Assembly (NCBI GenBank): GCA_965262915.1
Contig: OZ253564.1
Location: 96,001 to 160,000 of the forward strand
Origin: Candidatus Spongiisociaceae bacterium
GTDB taxonomy: Bacteria > Actinomycetota > Acidimicrobiia > Spongiisociales > Spongiisociaceae
DNA: 64,000 nt
Direction: 5' to 3'
The notes below the pieces were generated by a model that saw only the letters and a program-made list of their open reading frames with translations, had not been told where the DNA came from and did not search any database. Positions 20,466 through 29,403 of this stretch are shown here, piece by piece. The position numbers were made by a program, and so were the translations under genes. Positions within the stretch are counted from its first letter, which is position 1. Each line of letters starts with the position of its first letter.

Positions 20466-21442
20466 GACTCGGCCAGCTTCCCGAAGCGCACCAGGCGCAT
20501 GAACACCAGCGCTAGGACGAACACCGCCATTACCAGCCACAGGGAGAGTACGGATCCGGTCCGCCAGTCGAGGCCCATGCCGAACAGGTCGTCGATTGCG
20601 CTCCCGAACATGTAACCCCTGGTCCCTCCCACCAGCTTGGGCACCACGAACTCCCCGATGGTCGGGATGAAGACGAAGAAGAAGGACGCCACCACTCCGG
20701 GAAGGCTGAGCGGGAAGGTCACCTTCCAGAAGGCCCGCCACCGGCTCGCCCCCAGGTCGGCGGCGGCCTCCAGCAGCCGGCGGTCCATGCTGATCATCGC
20801 CGCGAACATCGGGAGCATGACGAAGGGGATCCACACGTATCCCAGCACGATCATGACCGGAACCTCCCCGAAGGCGAGGCTCTCGATGGGGTCCCCCACC
20901 TCGCGCAGACCCGACCAGAACAGGAAGGAGTTGATCACCCCCTGCTTGCCCAGCAGCACCTTCCAGGCCATAACCCGCATGAAGAAGTTGGTCATGAAGG
21001 GAGCGATCATCAGGAGCAGCAACGAGTACTTGTACTTGTCGGCGATCATCGCCAGGAAGTAGGAGATCGGGTAGGCAAGGATCACCACGGCTATCGCCAC
21101 GATCAGAGCCATCCGGAACGACTTCCAGAACAGCAGCATGTAGACGCTCTCGCCGGAGAAGAGCAGCCGCCAACTCTCCAGGCTGACCCCCTCCTCCTTG
21201 GTGAAGGTGGCCAGTATCCCGACGCTGTACGCGACAACCAGCGAAACCGGGATCACGAAGAACAGCAACAACCAACCGAGCGGCAACGCCAGCAGGGAGC
21301 GCGTCACCCGATGACGGCGGCGCGCCAGACTGGCCACGCGACCCCCCTTCCCGGAAGTGTCGTTCTCTGATACCACGGCGCTCAATGGTAGGGGTCGGCG
21401 GGTCTCACTGCCTACCGACCCGAGAGGATGCCGGGCAGACAC
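20462..21442 (-). CDS. PotB-like ABC permease
   Basis: LAYPISY, LLEAAADLGAS, PKLVGG; start uncertain. Confidence 0.9.
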   Translation of the reverse strand: MSARHPLGSVGSETRRPLPLSAVVSENDTSGKGGRVASLARRRHRVTRSLLALPLGWLLLFFVIPVSLVVAYSVGILATFTKEEGVSLESWRLLFSGESVYMLLFWKSFRMALIVAIAVVILAYPISYFLAMIADKYKYSLLLLMIAPFMTNFFMRVMAWKVLLGKQGVINSFLFWSGLREVGDPIESLAFGEVPVMIVLGYVWIPFVMLPMFAAMISMDRRLLEAAADLGASRWRAFWKVTFPLSLPGVVASFFFVFIPTIGEFVVPKLVGGTRGYMFGSAIDDLFGMGLDWRTGSVLSLWLVMAVFVLALVFMRLVRFGKLAES

Positions 21443-21529
21443 GTGGTCTCATCGGCTACCGGAACCCGACGGGGCTCTCCGGTCGGAGCCGACTGTCGCC
21501 CGTCGGCAACCCGGCACCCTCCTGACTTG

Positions 21530-21692
21530 GTGGTCTGTCTGCAAAACAATTTGCTGTGCCCTGCTAGCCACCGGCGCCCCTCGCTGCGTTCCGCCTCCTC
21601 GATGTACCGCTGCGGGTACACCTTCGTCGGCGGGCCTTGCGACGAACACCGCTGGCGGCGCATGCCACAACGCCACTTCACAGACAGACCAC
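21530..21692. mobile_element. MITE-like element, family A (long copy)
   Basis: Terminal inverted repeats gtggtctgtctg...cagacagaccac; internal hairpin; homologous to 45148-45242. Confidence 0.7.
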
Positions 21693-21706
21693 AGATTGAC
21701 TGCGGA

Positions 21707-22942
21707 TCAGACTCCGGCCGAGGCCTTGACCTCGATCCACGCGTCGTTCAGCCTGTCGATGTCGGCCATCTTGTCGAGCAGCGAAACCCCGTCCAGTGCG
21801 GCGGGGTTACCCAGTCCCATCACGTCCACCAACAACGGGTTGTCGACGGCGGTGGCCTTCAGGTTGGAGTTCCCGAAGTTGAACTTGTTCGAGATGGTCA
21901 GGGCCGCCTCGACGCTGACCGCCGCGTTCACCCACTCGTGAGCGTGGTAGTACTGATCGGCGCCGGCCATCAGGAAGTAACCGCACGAGAACCCGATGAA
22001 GCCCTCGTCCGGGGTGACGAAGGCGATATCGACGCCTTGTTTGGTCAGCTCGACCCACTGGGTGGGCGCGACGTAGGACGCCACGATGTTGCCCGTAGCC
22101 AGATCCGTCTGGTTGGTGGCCAGATCACTGTACAGAGTAGCAGGCACGACCTTGATCTTCGCCTTCAGGAACTCGACGAGGCGGTCCAGCTCCTCATCGG
22201 TCGGATCGAGCGGGTTGGCCACGTTGTTCTCAGGAAGCTTGCCGGCTACCACGAACCACTCGGCCGAGTCCGTCCAGCTGACCTTCCCCGCCAGGTCCTC
22301 GTCGAAGAGGATGGAGTAGGAGTTCTCCTTGGGCGTGTACAGATCCGCCCGGTAGATCGGGATCGCCAGACCGTACAGCAGAGGAATGGCGTACTGCTTG
22401 CCATCCCGCGAGGTGGCTGCGGTGAGGTTCGGGTTCAGATCCTTGAAGTTCGGGATCAGATCCGTATCCCACGCCTGCACCAGACCCTCGCTCACCGCGG
22501 TGTCGAACACCGCGAAACACGGGTTCCAGATATCCGGCTCGATGGCGCCGAGCTGCAACTCACCCAGAGACGCGAAGCTTCCGGCAGTCGCGGCGAACTG
22601 CGGCTCGGGGAACCTGCCCAGATAGCCGGGCCACTGGGTCGGGACTTCCCGTCCGGGCGGGGCGTAGATGAGGAGGTCGGCGCCGTTCTCCGCCGCCAAC
22701 CCCGCATCACGTGGGCTGAGCGTGGTGGTGGGCGCCTCCTCGATGACGGTCTCGGTGACGGTGATGGTCTCCGTCTCGGTGACGATCGATGTCACCACCA
22801 CCGTTTCAGGGACGGGCGCCGGAGCGGGTTCGTCATCGCCACAGGCGGCCAGCACGGCCGGCATGGCACCCGCGACGACCGCCCCTTTACCGGCTAGCTT
22901 TACGAAGTCCCTCCTGCTGATCGGATCGCGGCCGTCTGACAT
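21707..22942 (-). CDS. PotD/PotF-like substrate-binding lipoprotein with Tat signal
   Basis: SRRDFVK twin-arginine motif, lipobox LAAC, T/E/V-rich linker, YAIPLLYG. Confidence 0.85.
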   Translation of the reverse strand: MSDGRDPISRRDFVKLAGKGAVVAGAMPAVLAACGDDEPAPAPVPETVVVTSIVTETETITVTETVIEEAPTTTLSPRDAGLAAENGADLLIYAPPGREVPTQWPGYLGRFPEPQFAATAGSFASLGELQLGAIEPDIWNPCFAVFDTAVSEGLVQAWDTDLIPNFKDLNPNLTAATSRDGKQYAIPLLYGLAIPIYRADLYTPKENSYSILFDEDLAGKVSWTDSAEWFVVAGKLPENNVANPLDPTDEELDRLVEFLKAKIKVVPATLYSDLATNQTDLATGNIVASYVAPTQWVELTKQGVDIAFVTPDEGFIGFSCGYFLMAGADQYYHAHEWVNAAVSVEAALTISNKFNFGNSNLKATAVDNPLLVDVMGLGNPAALDGVSLLDKMADIDRLNDAWIEVKASAGV

Positions 22943-22973
22943 GGGTACCCTCCTCCTCGGATCGCTTGGTCGA

Positions 22974-24707
22974 TTATCGCCTCAGCGGAGGGTACACGCA
23001 ACTGGTTTTGCACCTTGACGCGGGCCCGGCTAGCTGAGTGACCCGGACGCCTTCGTTTTCACCATAGTGAGCAGCGCATAGTTTTTTGCCGATGAGTTCG
23101 AGTTTTCCTTCGTCGCGCAAGCGTCGCAGTAGGCGGCTGGCCCTCTCAGAAGTGATCTGGCACAGATCGGCCGCTTCACGGCGTGCGATGGAGCCGTGGC
23201 GATCGACAAAAGTCAGCACCATCTGCTCCTGCTGGATTTCGTCGAAACCCCTAACACGTACGTATTCCGCGAGTTCCCCGAAGCGGCGATAGAGGCTAGG
23301 GGCGAGATTGTAGGTACGAGCCTTGGTCCGGCCGCGGGCCTCGACGAGTCCACGGTCGGCGAGACGGTTGAGAACGGCGCGCGCCTCACGTTCGCCGACT
23401 TGAAGAAGCTCGGCCGCCCGAGCGGTCGTGATGCGGCGTTCGATGCGAACCTCTTGAAGAACCAACAGGTCCTCGAGCGAGAACGGTCGACCACGCTGCC
23501 GGGCCTCGCCGATAAAACCGGCGAGTTCTTTGTCGGCGGGCCCCGGCCTGACCCGCACCACCACGCAAGTGGTGTTGCTCCGGCTGTAGTCAGGGGCTGG
23601 CCGTCCCAACTCCAGTTGGCTCTCGAAAGCTCGGTTGATGCCTCGGCCGGTACGCTCGACCAGCCCGGCGCGCTTAAAGGCGTCAGCCAGGGCAGGATTA
23701 CGGGCCCGTGGCGGCGTCGTCAGCAAGTTCGAAATGGTAACTCCCTCTGGAAAGCCGCCGGGGTTGAATACGGTGAGGCCCGCATTGCTGACCTCGACAA
23801 GCGTGGAACCTGACGCGGTGTAGTCGCGGTGTACGAGGGCGTTCGCGATCAGTTCACGAACCGCAACATCGGAGAAACGCGGGAGCGGGAGCCGAAGCAA
23901 CCCTATCTCGATCTCCTCCTCGGGGTTGCGGGCCTTGACCCGGTCATACATCTCGACCATCGCCCGCAGGAGTGGGGTACGACTGATCTCGTTGTTGCGA
24001 ACTTCAAGGCCATCGAGTTCCTGGAATCCGATCTCGTAGGCGGGAAGGTGGCGTCTGATAGCTTCCTCGCTTCCGAACAGCAGGAGGGAACCTACGGTCA
24101 ACTCACCAGCACTACTGAGAAGATCAAGGGCCCCGAGAAGGTCGGGATCGGAAAAGTTTGCGAGAATTCCGTCGCCGCCGGTGCTGGCCAGCTCGCGAAA
24201 CCGAGCCAACTCGGTAGTCGATAGGTCATCGATGCCGACGTCTCTAATCGGGACTTTGGAGAAGTCTTGAGCACCAACGCTACTGACGCGAGCCAGCACC
24301 TCGTGGGGCTCCATCGGTAGACATTGCGGCTTACCCTTAGCATCGATCGTCCGTCGAAGATACTTCCCGCCGCTGGTGGCCACCACGGTTGGAGGCGTAG
24401 GGACACGTATCACGAGTACATCGCCACCATCGGTGGTAGCGACCGCTGCCGAAACGTCGACAGAAGGCCGGGTTCGGCTCAGGATCAGCGCTTCGACTCG
24501 AGTAGGGTCGGTATTGGTACCGTGTCGCGGCTCCGAACCGATCACCCGCCCGCTGTCAGCAACGCCCACAAGTAAATATCCCCCGCTACCGTTGGCAAGG
24601 CACACCACCGCCTCTACGAGTTCGGTATCGTTGGCTTGCTCCTTGAATTCGACCGTTCTGCTCTCACCATCGGTCAGAAGACGTCGAAGCTTCGGCGTAT
24701 CCATCAT
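22974..24707 (-). CDS. AlbA_2 (Schlafen-like) + HATPase_c_4 + winged-HTH protein
   Basis: GESRTVEFK, VCLANGSGGYLLVGVAD, RELIANALVHRDY, RNPALADAF..GLVERTGRGI; C-terminal HTH repeats; atypical codon usage. Confidence 0.85.
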   Translation of the reverse strand: MMDTPKLRRLLTDGESRTVEFKEQANDTELVEAVVCLANGSGGYLLVGVADSGRVIGSEPRHGTNTDPTRVEALILSRTRPSVDVSAAVATTDGGDVLVIRVPTPPTVVATSGGKYLRRTIDAKGKPQCLPMEPHEVLARVSSVGAQDFSKVPIRDVGIDDLSTTELARFRELASTGGDGILANFSDPDLLGALDLLSSAGELTVGSLLLFGSEEAIRRHLPAYEIGFQELDGLEVRNNEISRTPLLRAMVEMYDRVKARNPEEEIEIGLLRLPLPRFSDVAVRELIANALVHRDYTASGSTLVEVSNAGLTVFNPGGFPEGVTISNLLTTPPRARNPALADAFKRAGLVERTGRGINRAFESQLELGRPAPDYSRSNTTCVVVRVRPGPADKELAGFIGEARQRGRPFSLEDLLVLQEVRIERRITTARAAELLQVGEREARAVLNRLADRGLVEARGRTKARTYNLAPSLYRRFGELAEYVRVRGFDEIQQEQMVLTFVDRHGSIARREAADLCQITSERASRLLRRLRDEGKLELIGKKLCAAHYGENEGVRVTQLAGPASRCKTSCVYPPLRR

Positions 24708-24827
24708 ACGATCATACGCATAGTTTTACGTCTTTCTATAGATTTGCGCGTATGCCTTAAATTATGCATTCCACGCAAAGCGCGGACGCGGGCCGTAGTG
24801 GGTTGCGCGGAAACTGCGCCCCTGAGC

Positions 24828-25370
24828 CTACGCTCGGGCGCGTTCTATGCGGAGTTCCACTCCCTGGTTCTTCCAGACGAAATCGCCCGCCCGGCGAAAG
24901 GCTTCCATGCCGTCGGCCGCCACCCGGGCGAAGACATTGGTGAGGCCGACGCCTCCCGTGTCCCCGTAGAACATGGCGATGATCATACGGTCCGGCCAGT
25001 AGGCGATGTTGCCGGCCTCCTGGGCCTTGTACTGGTTCTCCGGACCGAGGTAGGTCCTGATGGGGAACATGAGCTCGTCGCCGGCGAGGCGGGCGTGGTT
25101 GACGGTTCCCGACAGGGGGAGCAGATCATAGATGGCAGACGCGGTTGCCGGCGCCTCGTCGAAGAGCATCGTCGCGCGGATCTGCTCGCCGGCCACCAAG
25201 ATGGCGATGTCACCCTTGCGGTCCTTCGGTCCCTCGATGATGCGGAGCCCGGCCAGGTTGGCCTCGTCCCGCGCCGCTGCGGTGATGATGGTGGGGGGCT
25301 CGGCAACCAACTCGGTCTTGCCCTGCCGGATCAGGGCCCGGATATCCTCGGTGGTCAGTATCTGGCGCAT
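24828..25370 (-). CDS. DUF3830/cyclophilin-like protein with EutQ-like N-terminal module (putative BMC cargo)
   Basis: APATASAIYDLLPL....NHARLAGDEL, GNIAYW, MFYG, NVFARV; N-terminus ILTTEDIR...IITAAARDEA...GLRI; last gene of the BMC operon. Confidence 0.75.
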   Translation of the reverse strand: MRQILTTEDIRALIRQGKTELVAEPPTIITAAARDEANLAGLRIIEGPKDRKGDIAILVAGEQIRATMLFDEAPATASAIYDLLPLSGTVNHARLAGDELMFPIRTYLGPENQYKAQEAGNIAYWPDRMIIAMFYGDTGGVGLTNVFARVAADGMEAFRRAGDFVWKNQGVELRIERARA

Positions 25371-25374
25371 CGGT

Positions 25375-26010
25375 TCATCTCTCTCCGAGAGCCTCGAGCG
25401 CTACCCGGTGCCCGATCTCCACCTCGGCTTCGCTCCCGGCGAGGATCAGGCGGCCGCTGGCGCCATGGAGCCTCACGAGCACCATGCGCAGCGAAGTGTG
25501 CTTCTCGACCTCGTTGGCGGCCAGCGCCACATAGGCGGCCGGCGCCGTCTCCACGACCAGCATCGCATCGCCTTCCCTGAGCCGGTCGCGCACGCCCATC
25601 CGGTTCACCAGCCCGGCTTCCGTGGCGGTCACGTTGTTCACGATGCGGGTGGTCACCGACGAAGGGGCAATTCCCGGCGCCGAGGAACTGCCGATCATCG
25701 CCAGGATGATCGTTCCGGCATGGCGGACTGTGTCGGGGTTGGCCGAGTGGAGCTCGAGCGTCCCGTAGCGTCGCTCGGCGACCAGCATCGAGGAGTCGGT
25801 CTCGGTGTTCTTCAGCGCCGCGTTGGCCAGGGAGAAGACCAACGTCGCCGGCGCCACCTCCACGTACAGCTGTGACATCCCTTCCAATGCCGGACCTCGC
25901 TGCTCGTTCCGGCCCACGTATGCCGCCCAGGTGGGCTGCATCTTGTCGACGTACACATAGGCCCGCAGGGAGTTGCCGCCCCCGCTGCCCGATTGCCCTG
26001 GACTCGTCAC
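25375..26010 (-). CDS. BMC-T shell protein, permuted tandem type (CsoS1D/CcmP-like)
   Basis: LRAYVYVDKMQPTWAAY, YVEVAPA, ERRYGTLELHS, VETAPAAYVALAANEVEK, GRLILAG; GTG start after RBS. Confidence 0.9.
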   Translation of the reverse strand: MTSPGQSGSGGGNSLRAYVYVDKMQPTWAAYVGRNEQRGPALEGMSQLYVEVAPATLVFSLANAALKNTETDSSMLVAERRYGTLELHSANPDTVRHAGTIILAMIGSSSAPGIAPSSVTTRIVNNVTATEAGLVNRMGVRDRLREGDAMLVVETAPAAYVALAANEVEKHTSLRMVLVRLHGASGRLILAGSEAEVEIGHRVALEALGER

Positions 26011-26011
26011 C

Positions 26012-26278
26012 TCAGCCTCCCGGATCGTGGCTTGCTTCGTCGACGATGCCGATGACGGTGGCATCCGTCGGGACCGACGCGGTAGCTTCGGGAACCCTCG
26101 CGGCGCTCCCCTGGGCAACCAGCACCAGGTCACCGGACCCGGCGCCCACAGTGTCCACGGCCACGAACGACGACCCCCGGCCGGCGCCCTCCGGCCGGAC
26201 CACCAGCAACTTGGCCCCTCCTATTCCGCCGGTGCGCACCGTCATGACAGTGGTTCCCGTAACACGGCACAACAACAT
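26012..26278 (-). CDS. BMC-P vertex (pentamer) protein, EutN/CcmL family
   Basis: MLLCRVTGT.V.T, KLLVV, VAVDTVGAG.GDLVLV.QGSAAR, DATVIGIVD. Confidence 0.95.
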   Translation of the reverse strand: MLLCRVTGTTVMTVRTGGIGGAKLLVVRPEGAGRGSSFVAVDTVGAGSGDLVLVAQGSAARVPEATASVPTDATVIGIVDEASHDPGG

Positions 26279-26355
26279 CGATGCCTCCTCGCTCTCGCTC
26301 GGCTAGCTGGTCCCGGCCGGTTCGCGCTCGTGTCGCGCGAGCCGGCTCCGCAGGA

Positions 26356-26634
26356 TCAACCGCCCAGCAGTGCGCTGACCTTGCCCAAGTCCTCGTGGGG
26401 CTTGGGAATGAGATGGGCCGAAACGAGCTCACCGACCTTCTTGGCCGCGGCCGCGCCGACATCCACCGCCGACTTCACCGCGCCGACCTCGCCCTGCACC
26501 ATGATCGTGACGTAGCCGCCGCCGATCACGTCGCGGCCGATGATCTCGACGCGGGCCGCCTTGGCCATCGCGTCGGCCGCCTCGATCGAGCCGACCAGGC
26601 CACGGGTCTCGATCAACCCTAGAGCACCTTCCAT
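26356..26634 (-). CDS. BMC-H hexamer shell protein (PduA/EutM family)
   Basis: ALGLIETRG, EAADAMAKAA, IGGGYVT, GEVGAVKSAV, AHLIPKPH. Confidence 0.97.
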   Translation of the reverse strand: MEGALGLIETRGLVGSIEAADAMAKAARVEIIGRDVIGGGYVTIMVQGEVGAVKSAVDVGAAAAKKVGELVSAHLIPKPHEDLGKVSALLGG

Positions 26635-26728
26635 TATCCGAACCTCCCCGGGAGATTGTTATCTGCTTGTCCGCGAAGCGTTTCGTCGTAGCCCACTGGC
26701 AACGCCGCCCGTCTCACAGACAGTCCAC

Positions 26729-28519
26729 TCAGTTGTCCTCGTACCAGTCGTTGAAGCCACGCCCGATATTGACGTGCACGTTCTTGGTTTCCATGTACTC
26801 GTGTAGCGACTCCAGACCCAGGTCGTGGCCGGTACCGCTCTCCTTGTAGCCACCGAAGGGCGCCTCGCTCGGGTAGACCCCGAAGTGGTTGACCCAGATC
26901 GAGCCGGCCTCCAAGTCCCGCGCCACTCTATGCGCCCTGCCTACATCGGTGGTCCAGATCCCGGCTGCCAATCCGTAACGGACGTCGTTGGCGAGCCGGA
27001 CCGCCTCCTCCTCGCCGGTGAACGGCATCACCACCGCTACCGGACCGAATATCTCCTCCTGCGAGATCCGGAATCCGGGTTCGACGTCCACGAAGCAGGT
27101 GGGCCTCATGAAGTTGCCCCGCGCGAGTTCGGGATCGTCGGGCGGGGTCCCCCCGCCGATGACTGTGGCTCCCTCGGCCCGGCCGATTTCCACGTACTCG
27201 TAGACCCGCTCCATCTGCCGCTCGTTCACCAGGGGCCCCAACTGGGTAGCCCACCGCCACGGAAGCCCGATCCGGATCGACGCCGCCCGAGCGGCGAAGC
27301 GCTCCACGAAGTCATCGTAGACGGACCGCTCCACGAGGATTCTCGAACCGGCGGAGCACACCTGCCCCTGCGCCAGGTAGATACCGAACAGGGCGCCGCT
27401 CACCGCCCGGTCCAGGTCGGCATCGGCAAAGACGATGGACGGCGACTTGCCGCCCAGTTCCAGTGACACCCGCTTGATGGTACCGGCCGACCCGCGCATG
27501 ACCGAACGGCCGACGACCGTCGATCCGGTGAAGGCGATCTTGTCCACTCCCCGGTGCTCGACGAGTGCCTGGCCCGCAACCTCGCCGGCGCCCGGGACCA
27601 CGTTGAAAACCCCGGGAGGCAGCCCGGCTTCCAGGCAGATACGGCCCAGTTCCAGGCAGGAAAGGGGGGCCAGCTCCGGCGGTTTGAGCACCACGGTGTT
27701 GCCAGCCGCCAGGGCCGCGGCGGCCTTGCGACAGGCGATGTGCAGGGGGAAGTTCCAGGGGATGATCATGCCCACCACCCCCATCGGCTCCTTGCGCACG
27801 TAGTCGAGGGAGTCCTGCGGAAGGGCGAGCACCCTACCGTCGATAGCCCGTACCAGGCCCTGGAAGAACCGGAACGGATCCCACGAGGCGGGCAGGTCGA
27901 TCAGGGTGGTCTCCCGTATCGGGCGCCCCACGTCCTGGCTCTCCACCTTGGCCAGGAACTCGTGCTCCCCCTCGATACGCTCCGCGACCTTGAGCAAGAG
28001 GCCGGCACGCTCGGCGGGATCGAGCACCCGCCACCTACGGAACGCCCTCCGGGCGGACCGGACCGCCAGATCCATGTCCTCCGCGGCGGCGGACGCCACC
28101 TCGACGATCGTCTCGTTGGTGGCCGGATCGACCGAACGGTTGGTAGCGCCTCCGGCGGCGTCCCTGAACTCACCGTCGATCAGGAGTTTGGGATGCATGC
28201 GGGCGGGGTCCGGGAGGCCCTCGAAGCGGGGCTTGGCCGCCGTGGCCGCTCTTGGAGGTAACGGTGCATCCCGAGCCGCGGTCACCCGTGGCGGCGGGGG
28301 AGGCGGTGCGGGGATGCTCGGTCGCCGCCTCCGGGCCGGCCCATCGACTGCGGTGGTCCGCGGGGCGGCCAGGCGTGACCCCTCCACCAGCCTCACACCC
28401 AGACGCCGGGCCTCGTCTAAGGCCGCGTCGGTCAGCACCGTCCCCTCGCGCATCATCAACTCGAACTCGCCGATCTCCGCCAGCCCCCGGATGTCCTCGC
28501 TGGTCACGAACCGTCTCAT
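26729..28519 (-). CDS. Non-acylating aldehyde dehydrogenase with EutQ-like N-terminal module and Pro-rich linker
   Basis: PWNFP, FTGST, LELGGKS, GQVCSAGSR, EEIFGPV, PFGGYKESG; about 110-aa N-terminal extension. Confidence 0.93.
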   Translation of the reverse strand: MRRFVTSEDIRGLAEIGEFELMMREGTVLTDAALDEARRLGVRLVEGSRLAAPRTTAVDGPARRRRPSIPAPPPPPPRVTAARDAPLPPRAATAAKPRFEGLPDPARMHPKLLIDGEFRDAAGGATNRSVDPATNETIVEVASAAAEDMDLAVRSARRAFRRWRVLDPAERAGLLLKVAERIEGEHEFLAKVESQDVGRPIRETTLIDLPASWDPFRFFQGLVRAIDGRVLALPQDSLDYVRKEPMGVVGMIIPWNFPLHIACRKAAAALAAGNTVVLKPPELAPLSCLELGRICLEAGLPPGVFNVVPGAGEVAGQALVEHRGVDKIAFTGSTVVGRSVMRGSAGTIKRVSLELGGKSPSIVFADADLDRAVSGALFGIYLAQGQVCSAGSRILVERSVYDDFVERFAARAASIRIGLPWRWATQLGPLVNERQMERVYEYVEIGRAEGATVIGGGTPPDDPELARGNFMRPTCFVDVEPGFRISQEEIFGPVAVVMPFTGEEEAVRLANDVRYGLAAGIWTTDVGRAHRVARDLEAGSIWVNHFGVYPSEAPFGGYKESGTGHDLGLESLHEYMETKNVHVNIGRGFNDWYEDN

Positions 28520-28531
28520 GGCGTCCCCACC

Positions 28532-29347
28532 TCAGACCAGCTCATCGACGATTCCCCGCGCTTCGGACAGGGTAAGGACATGGTAGGAGTCCTGGGCCAC
28601 TCGCTCGCGGAAGTCGGTCACGGTCCAAGGATCGCCTCCGTACTCCCGGTCCTCATCGGTGAGTTCCTTGGGCTCGATCAACGTACCGGGGGTATGGATA
28701 CAGGCCACTTCCTGGGAGGTCATCCCGTCCGGTGCCAGGCCGATCCACATGAGCCCGAGGTCGGGGCGTGCCAGGAAGAAGGGGGGAACTCCCAGATCGA
28801 AGCCGTGCGCGGCCAGGCTTTCGGTCAGGAAGGGGGCCAAGTCGTGGGGGTGCAGATCGGTGTGCAGATAGGTGTGGAAGTGCTCCGTCTCGTGGTCGGC
28901 GAACCACCCGAGTACCTGCTGCCAGTGGTCCGACGCCACGTACGAGCGAATCCCGTCGCGGTCTGCTCCGGTGGCCCTCCTCGGCCCGACATCTTCCAGG
29001 TAGCTCCGTTCTCCCTCGTCGGTCCACACCTCCAGGAAGTCATCGGGGGCGGGAGCGATGACCGAGGAGTCGTCGTAACGCCACACGACGTTCAGCACCG
29101 GCCGGACCTCCGGGTAGATCTTGATCCATCCCCACTCCCCGACGAAGGCGTGGCCCACGTTGCGCACCCGGCGGCCGATCCGGTCCAGGTACTCAACGAA
29201 CAGGAACTCCAGCGAGAGCGGATGGACGGCGGTGGTCACCCTGGCCTCGAAGAAGCTGACCCCCGTATCCTCCAGCAATGCCTGGGCGTCGGCCCACGCA
29301 TCCGAGCGGAAGAAGTCGAGGAGCCCGTCCCGCAGCGTCGTAGGCAT
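28532..29347 (-). CDS. Hypothetical protein with internal two-fold repeat (paralog of 44318-45127)
   Basis: Fills the operon slot; FFRSDAW...TAVHPLSL recurs as YVASDHW...TDLHPHDL; paralog present in the window. Confidence 0.8.
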   Translation of the reverse strand: MPTTLRDGLLDFFRSDAWADAQALLEDTGVSFFEARVTTAVHPLSLEFLFVEYLDRIGRRVRNVGHAFVGEWGWIKIYPEVRPVLNVVWRYDDSSVIAPAPDDFLEVWTDEGERSYLEDVGPRRATGADRDGIRSYVASDHWQQVLGWFADHETEHFHTYLHTDLHPHDLAPFLTESLAAHGFDLGVPPFFLARPDLGLMWIGLAPDGMTSQEVACIHTPGTLIEPKELTDEDREYGGDPWTVTDFRERVAQDSYHVLTLSEARGIVDELV

Positions 29348-29403
29348 CAAGGCCGCCCGGACCTAACCGGACCGGTCCGACACGGCGCCTGCCACCGGAA
29401 CGA

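Noticed and set aside
20466-21275. Long N-terminal extension of the PotC-like ORF
   Set aside because: Alternative-frame overlap with the PotB-like gene; the real start is 20465.
26011-26133. N-terminal extension of BMC-T as a possible encapsulation peptide
   Set aside because: Overlaps BMC-P in another frame; the GTG at 26010 has a good RBS.
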